NCBI GenBank assembly: GCA_040261535.1
Contig: JBDQNU010000006.1
Location: 3,033 to 67,032, forward strand
Origin: Poseidonia sp.
GTDB lineage: Archaea > Thermoplasmatota > Poseidoniia > Poseidoniales > Poseidoniaceae
Reading direction: 5' to 3'
Length of the DNA: 64,000 nt
Position numbers and translations under genes: made by a program. Positions 38,759 through 47,982 of this stretch are shown piece after piece (the stretch's first letter is position 1; each line of letters starts with the position of its first letter). Below the pieces are notes generated by a model. It did no database searches and was not told where the DNA came from. It saw nothing but the letters and a program-made list of their open reading frames with translations.

Positions 38759-40519
38759 ATGGGACACCGACTGGGGCGGGCCTTCTTCCTCGTCGCCTTG
38801 ATGTTGTTGACCCCACTTTCGGGGTGTTTTGGCGAGCAGAACGAAGGCGGGCTCGATTCCCTGGAGGACGTCGCAATCACGCCCTCCACCCTCATCGGAG
38901 GGGTGTTTCAGGGGATGACGATCACCGCGGATGCGGACCTCTCAGCCTTTGTGCCATACCTTATTCTCAATCCAGAGAGTGGTTACGTTCAAAACTCCAC
39001 CGTGGTCGACTTACGAGCAGGCGAATCGGTTCTTCTGACGGTGCTTGCACCTCCAAGAACCGACACGGCCGTCGTGCTGCTGGGTGATTACGGAAGAGAA
39101 CATTGGCCAATTCGGTCCATCGATGAATCGTGGCGGACGTGGTATCAGCGCAACGGCCAAGACCGAAACGACAACCCGGGTATTCAGCGAATTGAAGGCG
39201 TAAACGGGAGTTTGGATGTGGTCCAAACCTCCAACCAAAGCGGTGGGCCTGTCTACGCTCTCCGACTTGCAATTGAACGCCCGATGGCCCCTGCCTACGG
39301 CGAAGCCGATGGTGGTCGTCACTCCACGGGCGTCGTCAGCGGGAGGACGACGTTCAACTTCCTGTCCGCATTAACCGACACCTCTGCAGACCCCACCGAT
39401 GCGGCAGACGGGGCCCTCGGCTACCTTGACCGTTGGGCCGGACAGGGGAACTTCGCCTACGAGGATGCGGCCCTTCACCTCCGCCAAACCTTGGAAAATT
39501 TCGGGCTCGAGGTCATCGTGCAGCGCTTTACGTACGATTCACTCACCACCGGCTCTCAAAACCCAGAGGCCTACAACATCTGCGGGTATCGGTACGGTGA
39601 AGTTGACCCGGACAAGTGGATGGTCTTCGGCGCCCACTTCGACATCGCCCCTCCCGCCAACGCCGCCGTGTTGGACCCGCACGTGTTCGGCAGAACCTAC
39701 GGAACCCGCGTTGGCGCTTACGACAACACGGCAGGAACCAGCATGGTCTTGACCGTTGCTGAAGCGATGGCCAACTATCAAACCCGGAACACGATGGTGT
39801 TCTGTTTGTGGTCGGGCGAAGAAGGTGGAAAGCGTGGAAGCGACTTCTGGACCGACGAATGGGTCAAGGAAGAGAATCCAAACGTCGAGGTCACCAATTA
39901 CGTCAACCTCGACATGGCCGGCGTAAATTGGCCCGGTGGAGGCGGTGCCCCGTGCGGCAACAACCACGGCCCCGACGGTGGATGCGACCCTCAGCCCGAA
40001 GTGGACCCCGACGGGTATCCAAAGGACGAGGAAGTGTGGCCCATGCGGGTTTACATCGGCCCGAGCCTTGACCACGACGTCATGAATCAGCCGGAGATGG
40101 TGGGTTTGGCCTTGTGGATCGGCTCCGACGCCATCGGCGTCGAGAAGCAAATGTCCCCTCTCCTCGGCGAAGGGCACGCTCCAGAAACGTGGAAAGTTGA
40201 CGATTGGATGGCCAAAGACCGGCCGGAGATCATCGTCTACGAGGACACCACGGCCCGTTCAGACCACGCCACCTTCCAAGACAATCTCGGGACGGTCACC
40301 ATGGGCTTCGGAGGGCTGGTTGACGGGTATTGGTGCTACCACCAAACCTGCGATACGCTCGATGAAATGATTGACTGGATGGACACGACCGGGAAGGATT
40401 ACGGCGAAGAACAGAGCGGAACCAGCAACTTGGTGGACGCATTGGACACCATCACGTGGTGGGCAACGTATTCCTTCTTCCATTTGGATGAAAACCCAAT
40501 CCGAAACGCCTACTTGTGA
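38759..40519 (+). CDS. Secreted M28-family aminopeptidase, probable lipoprotein (paralog B).
   Basis: Same motif set as 33624..35228 (FGAHFDIAPP, GAYDNTAGTSMVLT, WSGEEGG, NLDMAG) with an LSGCFGE signal. The ORF extends to 38675. Confidence 0.7.
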   Translation: MGHRLGRAFFLVALMLLTPLSGCFGEQNEGGLDSLEDVAITPSTLIGGVFQGMTITADADLSAFVPYLILNPESGYVQNSTVVDLRAGESVLLTVLAPPRTDTAVVLLGDYGREHWPIRSIDESWRTWYQRNGQDRNDNPGIQRIEGVNGSLDVVQTSNQSGGPVYALRLAIERPMAPAYGEADGGRHSTGVVSGRTTFNFLSALTDTSADPTDAADGALGYLDRWAGQGNFAYEDAALHLRQTLENFGLEVIVQRFTYDSLTTGSQNPEAYNICGYRYGEVDPDKWMVFGAHFDIAPPANAAVLDPHVFGRTYGTRVGAYDNTAGTSMVLTVAEAMANYQTRNTMVFCLWSGEEGGKRGSDFWTDEWVKEENPNVEVTNYVNLDMAGVNWPGGGGAPCGNNHGPDGGCDPQPEVDPDGYPKDEEVWPMRVYIGPSLDHDVMNQPEMVGLALWIGSDAIGVEKQMSPLLGEGHAPETWKVDDWMAKDRPEIIVYEDTTARSDHATFQDNLGTVTMGFGGLVDGYWCYHQTCDTLDEMIDWMDTTGKDYGEEQSGTSNLVDALDTITWWATYSFFHLDENPIRNAYL

Positions 40520-41491
40520 TCAGCGCACCAGCGAAGACACCGGTTCTGCAACGCTGTAGAGCAAATTCATCGGCGACCAAACGCCGGTGAACATCGTCAA
40601 CACCAAAGCTGCAAACACCAGCAAGACGCCAAAGAACACCTGTTCGTTCCAATCCTTGACTTTCAGCCCGTCAAGCGGTCCGAAAGGAAGCATGTTGAAC
40701 AAACCCAAGATCAAGTTCGCACTCAACCAAAACACGCCCGCATCGATGAGCATGGCTTGCCAAACCAACGACCCGTTGACGAGATAAGTTGGCTCAAACA
40801 ACGAAGACACCGTCGCCGATTGGAAGGCTCCGGTGAGGCCAAGGAGGATTCCCCAAAGCGGGATGCCGATCAAAAACAAAGCGAAATTTGTCAGCGGGCC
40901 CGCAACGGCGATGTGGCCGTTTTGACGACGCGTGACGAGTCCCGCAACCATCACGGCTCCCGGCGCCATGAAAAGAAAACCAAGAAACAACGAGAGGAGA
41001 ATACCAAATTGAAGCCCTTTGGGGTCGGCTCGAAACTCGGCCCAACACCCGTGTTTCTTGGCCACGAGTTTGTGGCCGATTTCATGGAACAAAAAGGCCG
41101 GGCCGATGGCGATAAACATCACCGGCATGGACAACAAGAGCATCAGCAACCACGAGGACACCCCCATTGAGGAAAGGCTCGAGAGCCCTCCTACGGCCAT
41201 GAACCCCAGGGCCAGCGTAAACGCGCCCATGGCCAAGCGGAGGTGTTCTTTTTCGGTGTCGCTGAAGTGCCACAGGCGTCCCGTGTGATGTTTGGGCTTC
41301 TCCCAAACTTCCTGGCCAAGAAATTGCATCAATGCGCCGGATAGTGGTGATGAACTCTCAAACTTCGCACGCCCGCCGTACGCCGGTTGATGAACGCGGT
41401 GTATTTTGGGTCGGTCTTGCCGCCGCGAAAAGGGGTCGTCGTTGAGCATATCCGCCCGGGAATCGCGTTTGCCCATGAGGGTACCATACAC
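40520..41491 (-). CDS. Site-2 protease (M50 family intramembrane metalloprotease).
   Basis: HEIGH in a TM helix and downstream LPFGPLDG motif. Confidence 0.7.
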   Translation of the reverse strand: MYGTLMGKRDSRADMLNDDPFSRRQDRPKIHRVHQPAYGGRAKFESSSPLSGALMQFLGQEVWEKPKHHTGRLWHFSDTEKEHLRLAMGAFTLALGFMAVGGLSSLSSMGVSSWLLMLLLSMPVMFIAIGPAFLFHEIGHKLVAKKHGCWAEFRADPKGLQFGILLSLFLGFLFMAPGAVMVAGLVTRRQNGHIAVAGPLTNFALFLIGIPLWGILLGLTGAFQSATVSSLFEPTYLVNGSLVWQAMLIDAGVFWLSANLILGLFNMLPFGPLDGLKVKDWNEQVFFGVLLVFAALVLTMFTGVWSPMNLLYSVAEPVSSLVR

Positions 41492-41510
41492 AGCTCAACC
41501 TTGAATCCTC

Positions 41511-42263
41511 GTGTCCGAGGGTTCATGTGGAGGAAAACAATGGGATGATGAGAACACCATGTCCATGCCTCGAAAAGCCATGCAGGAATTAGGCTTTCAG
41601 GCCTGTTGTCTACGGTGCGATGCGGGCGATACGCCCGGCCTCGCCCGCTGCGCCGCATGCATTCAACACCATCGCACCGTACGTGAGGTCTTGGCATCTG
41701 CCCCACCCGATGACCCGCTGTTCCAACTCGCCAAGGAGATCATGGCCATGGCCGCCTCCCCCCAACGGTACAGCCACGACGAGACCCACGGCGAATCGCT
41801 GGTGGAACAAGAGCGCTTAGCAGGGGCCTTGGTCCCTGGGCGCCCAAAACCAACCGAAGAAGACGTCTTTTCATCCTTTGAAGCGCAACGAACAGCAACC
41901 AAGGCAAACGTTCTCCGAGACGTCGGCAATCAAAACCCATGGAGCAGGTCTGGGATTGAGGCCAACGATGCAAGAGAGATTGGAGAAGCGACCCTGTTGG
42001 TGGACGGTTCGGTGGAGGCTTCGTACGGTGCCCGAACCGTCCCGAGCAAGCCCATTCAGTCGGTCGATCGCAGCGACCGTTTAGGAGAAGATACGGCACT
42101 TACCGACCGCGTGCACGCAGCGGCAACCACCTTAGCTCAGGATGAGACGGCGGCGGAAATTTTCGAAGACTTGGCCTTCAAGGAACGGCAACAAGCACGT
42201 AAAAAATTGAAATCTGCGATGGACGACATCAAAAAACTCGTTGAGGACGATTTGGAGTTTTGA
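41511..42263 (+). CDS. Hypothetical protein with an N-terminal C4 zinc ribbon.
   Basis: CLRCDAG...CAAC zinc-ribbon pattern. The rest is acidic and coiled-coil-like. No TM. Confidence 0.35.
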   Translation: MSEGSCGGKQWDDENTMSMPRKAMQELGFQACCLRCDAGDTPGLARCAACIQHHRTVREVLASAPPDDPLFQLAKEIMAMAASPQRYSHDETHGESLVEQERLAGALVPGRPKPTEEDVFSSFEAQRTATKANVLRDVGNQNPWSRSGIEANDAREIGEATLLVDGSVEASYGARTVPSKPIQSVDRSDRLGEDTALTDRVHAAATTLAQDETAAEIFEDLAFKERQQARKKLKSAMDDIKKLVEDDLEF

Positions 42264-42264
42264 G

Positions 42265-43053
42265 TCACAACACGGCGTCGTTGAATGTTCGCGGTGAGAA
42301 CGCCTCTTCCAAGCGGTAGGAGAATCGTTGCGTTCCTTTCCCCTTGGATTTCTTTCCAAGGACCTCAACGTGCCCGAGTTCTGCAAGGTTCGAGACGTGG
42401 GTTCCCGCACAAGGGCACATGTCAATTTGGTCACCGATTTGAATCACGCGAAGTTCCCTCACGCTTTCGGGCAGCAAATCCATGTTGGTGCGGTCTGGAG
42501 GCATGATGGCGTTCATGGCTTCACGGGTCATCACCGATTCGGAAACCTGCAGGCCTTCATCGATGCGCTGGTTGGTTGCTTGAATCAATTGCTCCAGCAT
42601 GACGTCATCAAAAGCGATGGGATTGAAATCGATGCGGGAACGGTCGGCGTGAATCTGGTTACCAACCGTTCGAACGCCGTTGAACAATTCGTAGGCGAGG
42701 CCGCTGACGAGGTGTTGGGCCGTATGCATCCGCATGTGGGCGTACCGGGTCTCCCAATCGATGGTCCCGCGAACTTCGTCACCGACCTCCAATTGGTGGT
42801 CAGCACTCACCGTGTGATGCACCGCTTGCCGTCCCCGAACCTCCGACACCTCCACGTGACCGTTTGGCCCCTCGAGGGTTCCCGTATCCCAGTGCTGGCC
42901 GCCTCCCAGTGGATAGAAGAGTGTCCGGTCAAGCACGATGTTGAAGCCCTCGATCGCCGTTACGGTCGCATCAAATCGGCGATGATAGCCGTGCTCGAGG
43001 TCTTCGAGGTACAATTTGACCGTCATGAATAGACCGAACGGAGGGGTCGCCAA
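42265..43053 (-). CDS. alaX: AlaX-type alanyl-tRNA editing protein (AlaX-M).
   Basis: HTAQHLVSG (HxxxH) and CAGTHVSNLAELGHV (CxxxH) zinc motifs of the AlaRS editing domain. 262 aa. Confidence 0.75.
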   Translation of the reverse strand: MATPPFGLFMTVKLYLEDLEHGYHRRFDATVTAIEGFNIVLDRTLFYPLGGGQHWDTGTLEGPNGHVEVSEVRGRQAVHHTVSADHQLEVGDEVRGTIDWETRYAHMRMHTAQHLVSGLAYELFNGVRTVGNQIHADRSRIDFNPIAFDDVMLEQLIQATNQRIDEGLQVSESVMTREAMNAIMPPDRTNMDLLPESVRELRVIQIGDQIDMCPCAGTHVSNLAELGHVEVLGKKSKGKGTQRFSYRLEEAFSPRTFNDAVL

Positions 43054-43062
43054 GAGGTTTGC

Positions 43063-44247
43063 TCACTCCGGGACGGCGTGCCCCGGGCCGAAATCCTCCA
43101 GGAGGCCGGCGTGTTTCTCATCGGAGCCGTCAATGACAATGGCGGGGGTTTTCCATGCGATGGCGAGGGCGACGGTCGAGTCCCAGAGGGCTCGTAAAAA
43201 GCCGACTTCTTCGTACTCCCAACCTCGTTCTTCGGCATACTCCTTCACGATAGGGGCCGCCTTTGGGAGATTGAAATGGGAAAGAGCCGGAAGGAGGTGG
43301 TGTTCGATTTGATAGTCAAGTCCAACGAAGAAAAACGATCCGACCGGTCCGAGCTTGATGCGGCGCCCGGTTTCAATTTGCAAACGCCAATTTTCGTCGT
43401 ATTCCATGACGATGGGGCGTCCAGCGTGCCCGACGATGAAAATCGCCGTCAAGTAGACGCCGACGCTTGCCCATAGCAGCACATAGAAGCCGACCGTTAC
43501 TTGCCAGGTAAGTCCGAGCATGATCGGAAGAACCAACCAAAGGAAAAAGTGAGCGAGAAGCAAACCCGCATCGAGCAACCACATTTTGTTGAACCGGTTC
43601 TTCTTGGCAACAAACGGCGCCTTGATGATGTATTTGATGCCGTCATATCGCATCAAGTGACCTACAAGTGGCGTGATGATGGGCCAGAAAATGTAGGCTT
43701 GGATGTATTTTTGAAAGAAGCGTCGAACCCGTCCGCTCGTCACGTATTCCTCTTGAGAAAACGTGAGGGGCCACGAATAGATGTCGGGGTCTTTGTCGAT
43801 CACGTTTGGGTGTGCGTGGTGTTTCATGTTGTGCTTTTCTCGCCAGTAATTCATTGACAATCCAGAGAACAGTGGAAACGCCAGGGAGGCAAGGGTGAGG
43901 TTTCCTGCTTTGCTTTTGCAGGCCGAGGAATGAACGCCTTCGTGGCCGATCATGGCGATGGTGGTGGTGAGTAAGCCGGTGAGCGGGAGCAACAGCAACC
44001 CCCATTTGAGAGGGAGGGCGATGTGCGCGGCATACAGGCCGCCGACAACGGCGAGCAAGATGATGATTTTCGTCCAAGATTTGGCCGTGGGCTTGTCCAA
44101 AAGGCCTTTTTCCTGCAGTTTTTTCCGCAAATCTGCCATCGGATGTGCTCCCATCTGCGTCACCAACGCACGAGGCGTTCTGGTTGGCGCTAACAAGTGG
44201 AGACTAAGAAAGTGGTGTTTCCAAGCACACCAAATAGTCCTGTTCAC
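43063..44247 (-). CDS. Membrane fatty-acid desaturase family protein, front-end-desaturase-like.
   Basis: His boxes HEGVH, HNMKHH, QIEHHLLP. 4-6 TM. No cytochrome b5 domain. ATGA overlap with the upstream FAD protein. Confidence 0.65.
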   Translation of the reverse strand: MNRTIWCAWKHHFLSLHLLAPTRTPRALVTQMGAHPMADLRKKLQEKGLLDKPTAKSWTKIIILLAVVGGLYAAHIALPLKWGLLLLPLTGLLTTTIAMIGHEGVHSSACKSKAGNLTLASLAFPLFSGLSMNYWREKHNMKHHAHPNVIDKDPDIYSWPLTFSQEEYVTSGRVRRFFQKYIQAYIFWPIITPLVGHLMRYDGIKYIIKAPFVAKKNRFNKMWLLDAGLLLAHFFLWLVLPIMLGLTWQVTVGFYVLLWASVGVYLTAIFIVGHAGRPIVMEYDENWRLQIETGRRIKLGPVGSFFFVGLDYQIEHHLLPALSHFNLPKAAPIVKEYAEERGWEYEEVGFLRALWDSTVALAIAWKTPAIVIDGSDEKHAGLLEDFGPGHAVPE

Positions 44248-44978
44248 ACAAGTTTTTGCAAAAAGGAACGGACACGACCAACGGCAGCGTCAAACGTGAG
44301 TTCCTCGAGCGAACAGGGAAGATTTGCTTCATAGGTTTCAACAAAGCCTCGCTCGGGAATCCATGATGGTTTTTCAGCCCACCATAATTCGGCGAGACCG
44401 TCGCTTCGATGCAATTCCAACGCTGCATTGGGTGCTTGCTTTGCGTCGGCTTGCAAGAGCAACGCCCCATACCATGGCTGGAGGGGTTCGCTTCGGTACT
44501 CAATACGGTGTTCAGGTTTTACCTGATGCTCGAGACCGCCTGGTCTTGAACCACCGAACTTGGTGAAGTCAACAATACGATTGAGAACGACTTCGGAGGG
44601 GAACGAACGCTCTCCTGCTGTGAGGTCAACTTTGAACCCCTTAGGGTTGGAGGTGGTGTTGAGGACACGGGTTCTTGGAAAGCAGTTCACGCCTTTCTTA
44701 GTTGCTTGATGAGAAAGAAATTTCATCGCCCATTCCATACGAAAGGCCCATCCATGCTCATTTTCGTGAAGCGTCAAAAAATCACGTTGTTCTTTCGATA
44801 ACCAATTTCCGAGAACTTCCAAATCGATCAGCCATCCTGGATACTGAACCGGCATCCCAAGTTCTGCATCGATTTCAAACAAGAAAACTTCGTGCTCATG
44901 TTTCCGAAGTTCGAGAGCGAGCAAGAGACTTTCAAGTGTAGCACCAAGAAGTCCGATGTTCATAGCAGACCCTTCCAT
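44244..44978 (-). CDS. Small FAD/NAD(P)-binding Rossmann-fold oxidoreductase (244 aa), lower-GC gene.
   Basis: N-terminal beta-alpha-beta segment MNIGLLGATLESLLLALELRKHEHEVFLFE with a terminal acidic residue. Sits between the ferredoxin and the desaturase. Confidence 0.4.
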   Translation of the reverse strand: MEGSAMNIGLLGATLESLLLALELRKHEHEVFLFEIDAELGMPVQYPGWLIDLEVLGNWLSKEQRDFLTLHENEHGWAFRMEWAMKFLSHQATKKGVNCFPRTRVLNTTSNPKGFKVDLTAGERSFPSEVVLNRIVDFTKFGGSRPGGLEHQVKPEHRIEYRSEPLQPWYGALLLQADAKQAPNAALELHRSDGLAELWWAEKPSWIPERGFVETYEANLPCSLEELTFDAAVGRVRSFLQKLV

Positions 44979-44980
44979 TT

Positions 44981-45187
44981 TTATTCAACTTCGTGAGGCT
45001 TTAATTCCAGGGCGAAAACAGGGCATGATGGAATGCATAATCGACAATGGGTGCAATGTTCTTCATCCACGTAGACCATTCGATTTGTCAAAGTTAGAAT
45101 GTCCACTGGACATAATGCAATGCACGCGCCGCAACCAAAACACCGATCTTCGTCAACGGTGAACCGGTGGTTTTGGAGTCGGCCCAT
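44981..45187 (-). CDS. 2x[4Fe-4S] ferredoxin.
   Basis: Two cysteine clusters, CFGCGACIALCP and CTHCRLCIPSCP, in 68 aa. Confidence 0.8.
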   Translation of the reverse strand: MGRLQNHRFTVDEDRCFGCGACIALCPVDILTLTNRMVYVDEEHCTHCRLCIPSCPVFALELKPHEVE

Positions 45188-45317
45188 GACCTTTGGAATG
45201 AATCCCTATTCATGGAGACTTCGTTTTCCAAAGGAACATGTTGACGTCTTTCAACGAAGTGAGGATGGGGATATGAATAGACCCCTTCATTTCCATTGGA
45301 GATATTTTGAAGTCTGC

Positions 45318-45356
45318 AATTCAGAACGGGAGAAAGGAGAGAGAAATTCAGAACGG
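45318..45356. repeat. Direct repeat AATTCAGAACGG (two copies 27 bp apart) in the AT-rich divergent intergenic region between the ferredoxin and the beta-CASP gene.
   Basis: Exact 12-mer at 45318-45329 and 45345-45356. Confidence 0.5.
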
Positions 45357-45506
45357 AAAAAACCCGTTGGATATGGTCGCGAGTAGTTAATCAAGTTTAG
45401 GAAAAGAAAAATTGAACTTTCAAGTCGATGAAGATCGAATACTTCTCCAATGGAAGCAAGGGGGTCTGACCCACATCTTCATGAGAGGTCACACAAACCC
45501 AAAGCC

Positions 45507-46823
45507 ATGGTCCTTTATGCTCCAGGCCGAACGAGTTCGTATCCAGAAGACCCTCCATCATCCGGCTTGCGTTTCCATTACCTTGGCGGCGGTGATGAAG
45601 TTGGGAACGTAGGAATTGTTCTTGAAGATGCGAACGGTACTCGAATTCTTCTCGATTATGGTTTGGCTCCAACTTCGCCACCACGTTATCCTTCAGAAGC
45701 TCCACCCGTTCACGATGCTGTTATCACCCATTCTCATATCGATCATCTTGGAATGGCACCATGGCTTTGTGCGCACCACCGAACACGATTGCACGGCACT
45801 TCGATTACAGCCCAACTTTCCGAGATGATGTGGCATGATTGTTACAAAGTAAGTTCCATCGAAAAATACCCTCTGGCTTGGGATAAACGAGACATTGATA
45901 CTGCCTTGGACTCATGGTATGTCCATGATTTTGGAACATCATGGAAACATCACGATTGGACAATGACCTTGCATCCCGCAGGTCATATTCCGGGTGCGGC
46001 GATGCTTCACATTGAATTGCCCTTCACCAGCGTCCTCATGACGGGCGATTTCGATACACGTGATTCCCCTCTCGTCTCAGGAGCAAAGCCGGTTCGTGCA
46101 GACGTATTGTTCGTCGAAGGAACCTACGGAGGGCGTGATCATCCCGAAAAAGCGGTGGAGATACAACGTTTCATCGATGCCGTTGAACGCGTGGTGAAGG
46201 CCGGAGGCAAAGTCCTCATCCCCGCCTTTGCAAACGGACGAACTCAAGACGTCGTTATGCTTCTCCATCAGCATCTTCCTTGGCTCGATGTTCACGTTGA
46301 CGGAATGGGAAAACGGGTCGCGAAAACCCACCTTGAACACGCCTCTACCCTGCGAGACGGAAGCGCTTTGGAGCGGGCCTGGCGATGGGCAAAACAAGTA
46401 TCAAGCAAATCCGACAAGAAGAAAGCCCTTGCCGGAGACGTCATTGTGACAACCTCGGGAATGCTCGACGGCGGCCCAGCCCTTTGGTACCTTAACCGCC
46501 TACGTCACGATGCGAAAAACGCTGTGTTCTTCACCGGATATCAAGCCCGTGACACGGGCGGGCGCGGGTTGTTGGATACCGGGCGTGTCGAAATCTACGG
46601 AACCCCCGTTCACATTGATCTGGAACTCCTCCAATTCTCTTTTTCAACCCACGCAGGCCACCAAGAAATTCTTGATTTTGCAAAGGCCTGCGAAGCGAAG
46701 CATGTGATCGTTTACCACACGGATCCGAACCATGCACGACCCCCGCTGGTTACGGCCCTTGAAGCACAAGGGCATACCGTTCATCAACCAGTCAACGGTG
46801 AATCGTACGTCCTTGACTTTTGA
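45507..46823 (+). CDS. Metallo-beta-lactamase / beta-CASP family RNA-metabolising nuclease (archaeal aCPSF2/RNase J-like).
   Basis: HSHIDHLG motif and the beta-CASP arrangement. Lower-GC codon usage than neighbours. Confidence 0.6.
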   Translation: MVLYAPGRTSSYPEDPPSSGLRFHYLGGGDEVGNVGIVLEDANGTRILLDYGLAPTSPPRYPSEAPPVHDAVITHSHIDHLGMAPWLCAHHRTRLHGTSITAQLSEMMWHDCYKVSSIEKYPLAWDKRDIDTALDSWYVHDFGTSWKHHDWTMTLHPAGHIPGAAMLHIELPFTSVLMTGDFDTRDSPLVSGAKPVRADVLFVEGTYGGRDHPEKAVEIQRFIDAVERVVKAGGKVLIPAFANGRTQDVVMLLHQHLPWLDVHVDGMGKRVAKTHLEHASTLRDGSALERAWRWAKQVSSKSDKKKALAGDVIVTTSGMLDGGPALWYLNRLRHDAKNAVFFTGYQARDTGGRGLLDTGRVEIYGTPVHIDLELLQFSFSTHAGHQEILDFAKACEAKHVIVYHTDPNHARPPLVTALEAQGHTVHQPVNGESYVLDF

Positions 46824-46841
46824 TGTCAGGAAGCGAAGTCA

Positions 46842-47171
46842 TTGAATACATCCACGCATAGGGACAGGACGAGTCCCATGGCGAGGAAAGCACCATCCGG
46901 CGGCAAGAAAGGAAAGAAGAAGCGCAAGATGCGGCTTTCCCTCAAGCAATCCAAGATGAACACAGCCGCCGACAAATACAGCGACTCGCTCGGCTGGTCG
47001 CAAGATGTAGGCCGAACCTTGGCTGACGCACCCGCCCCAAAGGGCCCCGAGACACTGAAAGTGCAATGCGATATGTGCGGTTCAATGCTCAAGATTCCAA
47101 AACCAAAGCGCTCCAAATACACCGTTACGTGCACGTACCCCGAGTGCGGCCACGAAATGAAATTTGATTGA
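46842..47171 (+). CDS. Small basic protein with a C-terminal zinc ribbon.
   Basis: Lys-rich N-terminus (KKGKKKRK) followed by CDMCG...CTYPECGH (CxxC...CxxC). Confidence 0.35.
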   Translation: MNTSTHRDRTSPMARKAPSGGKKGKKKRKMRLSLKQSKMNTAADKYSDSLGWSQDVGRTLADAPAPKGPETLKVQCDMCGSMLKIPKPKRSKYTVTCTYPECGHEMKFD

Positions 47172-47982
47172 AATGGGCCGACGACTCGGCCCTTGTTTTG
47201 TTGCGCTTCTGCTCCTTTCAGGATGCCTTACCGCCCCGGATGCATCAGCGGATGCCGAATTTCGACTGGGCACCACCACCTCCATGCGCGACTCAGGATT
47301 GTTGGATATCTTGGTCGAGGAGTTCGAGTCCTTGCACGGAATTGACGTGGAATACGTTGCGGTTGGAACGGGTGCAGCCCTCAACCTCGGTGCGAACGGC
47401 GATGTCGATGCGCTTATCGTTCATGCGTCCGACCAAGAAGAAGCCTTCATCGCCCAAGGCCACGGCGTTAACCGAACGCAAATCGCCTGGAACGCCTTTG
47501 TCTTGCTCTCGCCCGTCAAACTGCCCGACGCCCTTCTTGATGCCTTCACCTTCATTGCGGAGGAAGAACACTGTTTTGTGTCCCGAGGAGACAATTCGGG
47601 AACGCACATGAAAGAACAAGCCGTCTGGGAGCAGGTGGCGAACATAAGTTCCGTTGAACTTGTTCACGACATCAATGGACTCCACCCTGAAGGCGATTGG
47701 TATTATTCAATCGGGCAGGGCATGGGGGCGACCATCAACATGGCAGACGAAAAGCAATGCATCACGCTCACCGATCGAGGAACAGCCCTTCAGTTTCAGC
47801 CGAAAATTGACCTCGTTCGGTACGAGTTTAACGACACCCTTGTCCATAACCCGTACGCCTATCTCCCCGTAACCGGAGGCAACGAAGAAGCCTCAACGCA
47901 CTTCCTTCACTACCTGCTCAACGAAGGTCAGCAAACCATCGCCACCTACACCATCAACGGTGAACCGGCGTTCTACGTCTAG
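47164..47982 (+). CDS. tupA: Tungstate/molybdate ABC transporter periplasmic substrate-binding lipoprotein (TupA/WtpA-like).
   Basis: GTTTSMRDSGLLD (TTTS anion-binding motif). Lipobox LLLLSGC. Confidence 0.65.
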   Translation: MIEMGRRLGPCFVALLLLSGCLTAPDASADAEFRLGTTTSMRDSGLLDILVEEFESLHGIDVEYVAVGTGAALNLGANGDVDALIVHASDQEEAFIAQGHGVNRTQIAWNAFVLLSPVKLPDALLDAFTFIAEEEHCFVSRGDNSGTHMKEQAVWEQVANISSVELVHDINGLHPEGDWYYSIGQGMGATINMADEKQCITLTDRGTALQFQPKIDLVRYEFNDTLVHNPYAYLPVTGGNEEASTHFLHYLLNEGQQTIATYTINGEPAFYV

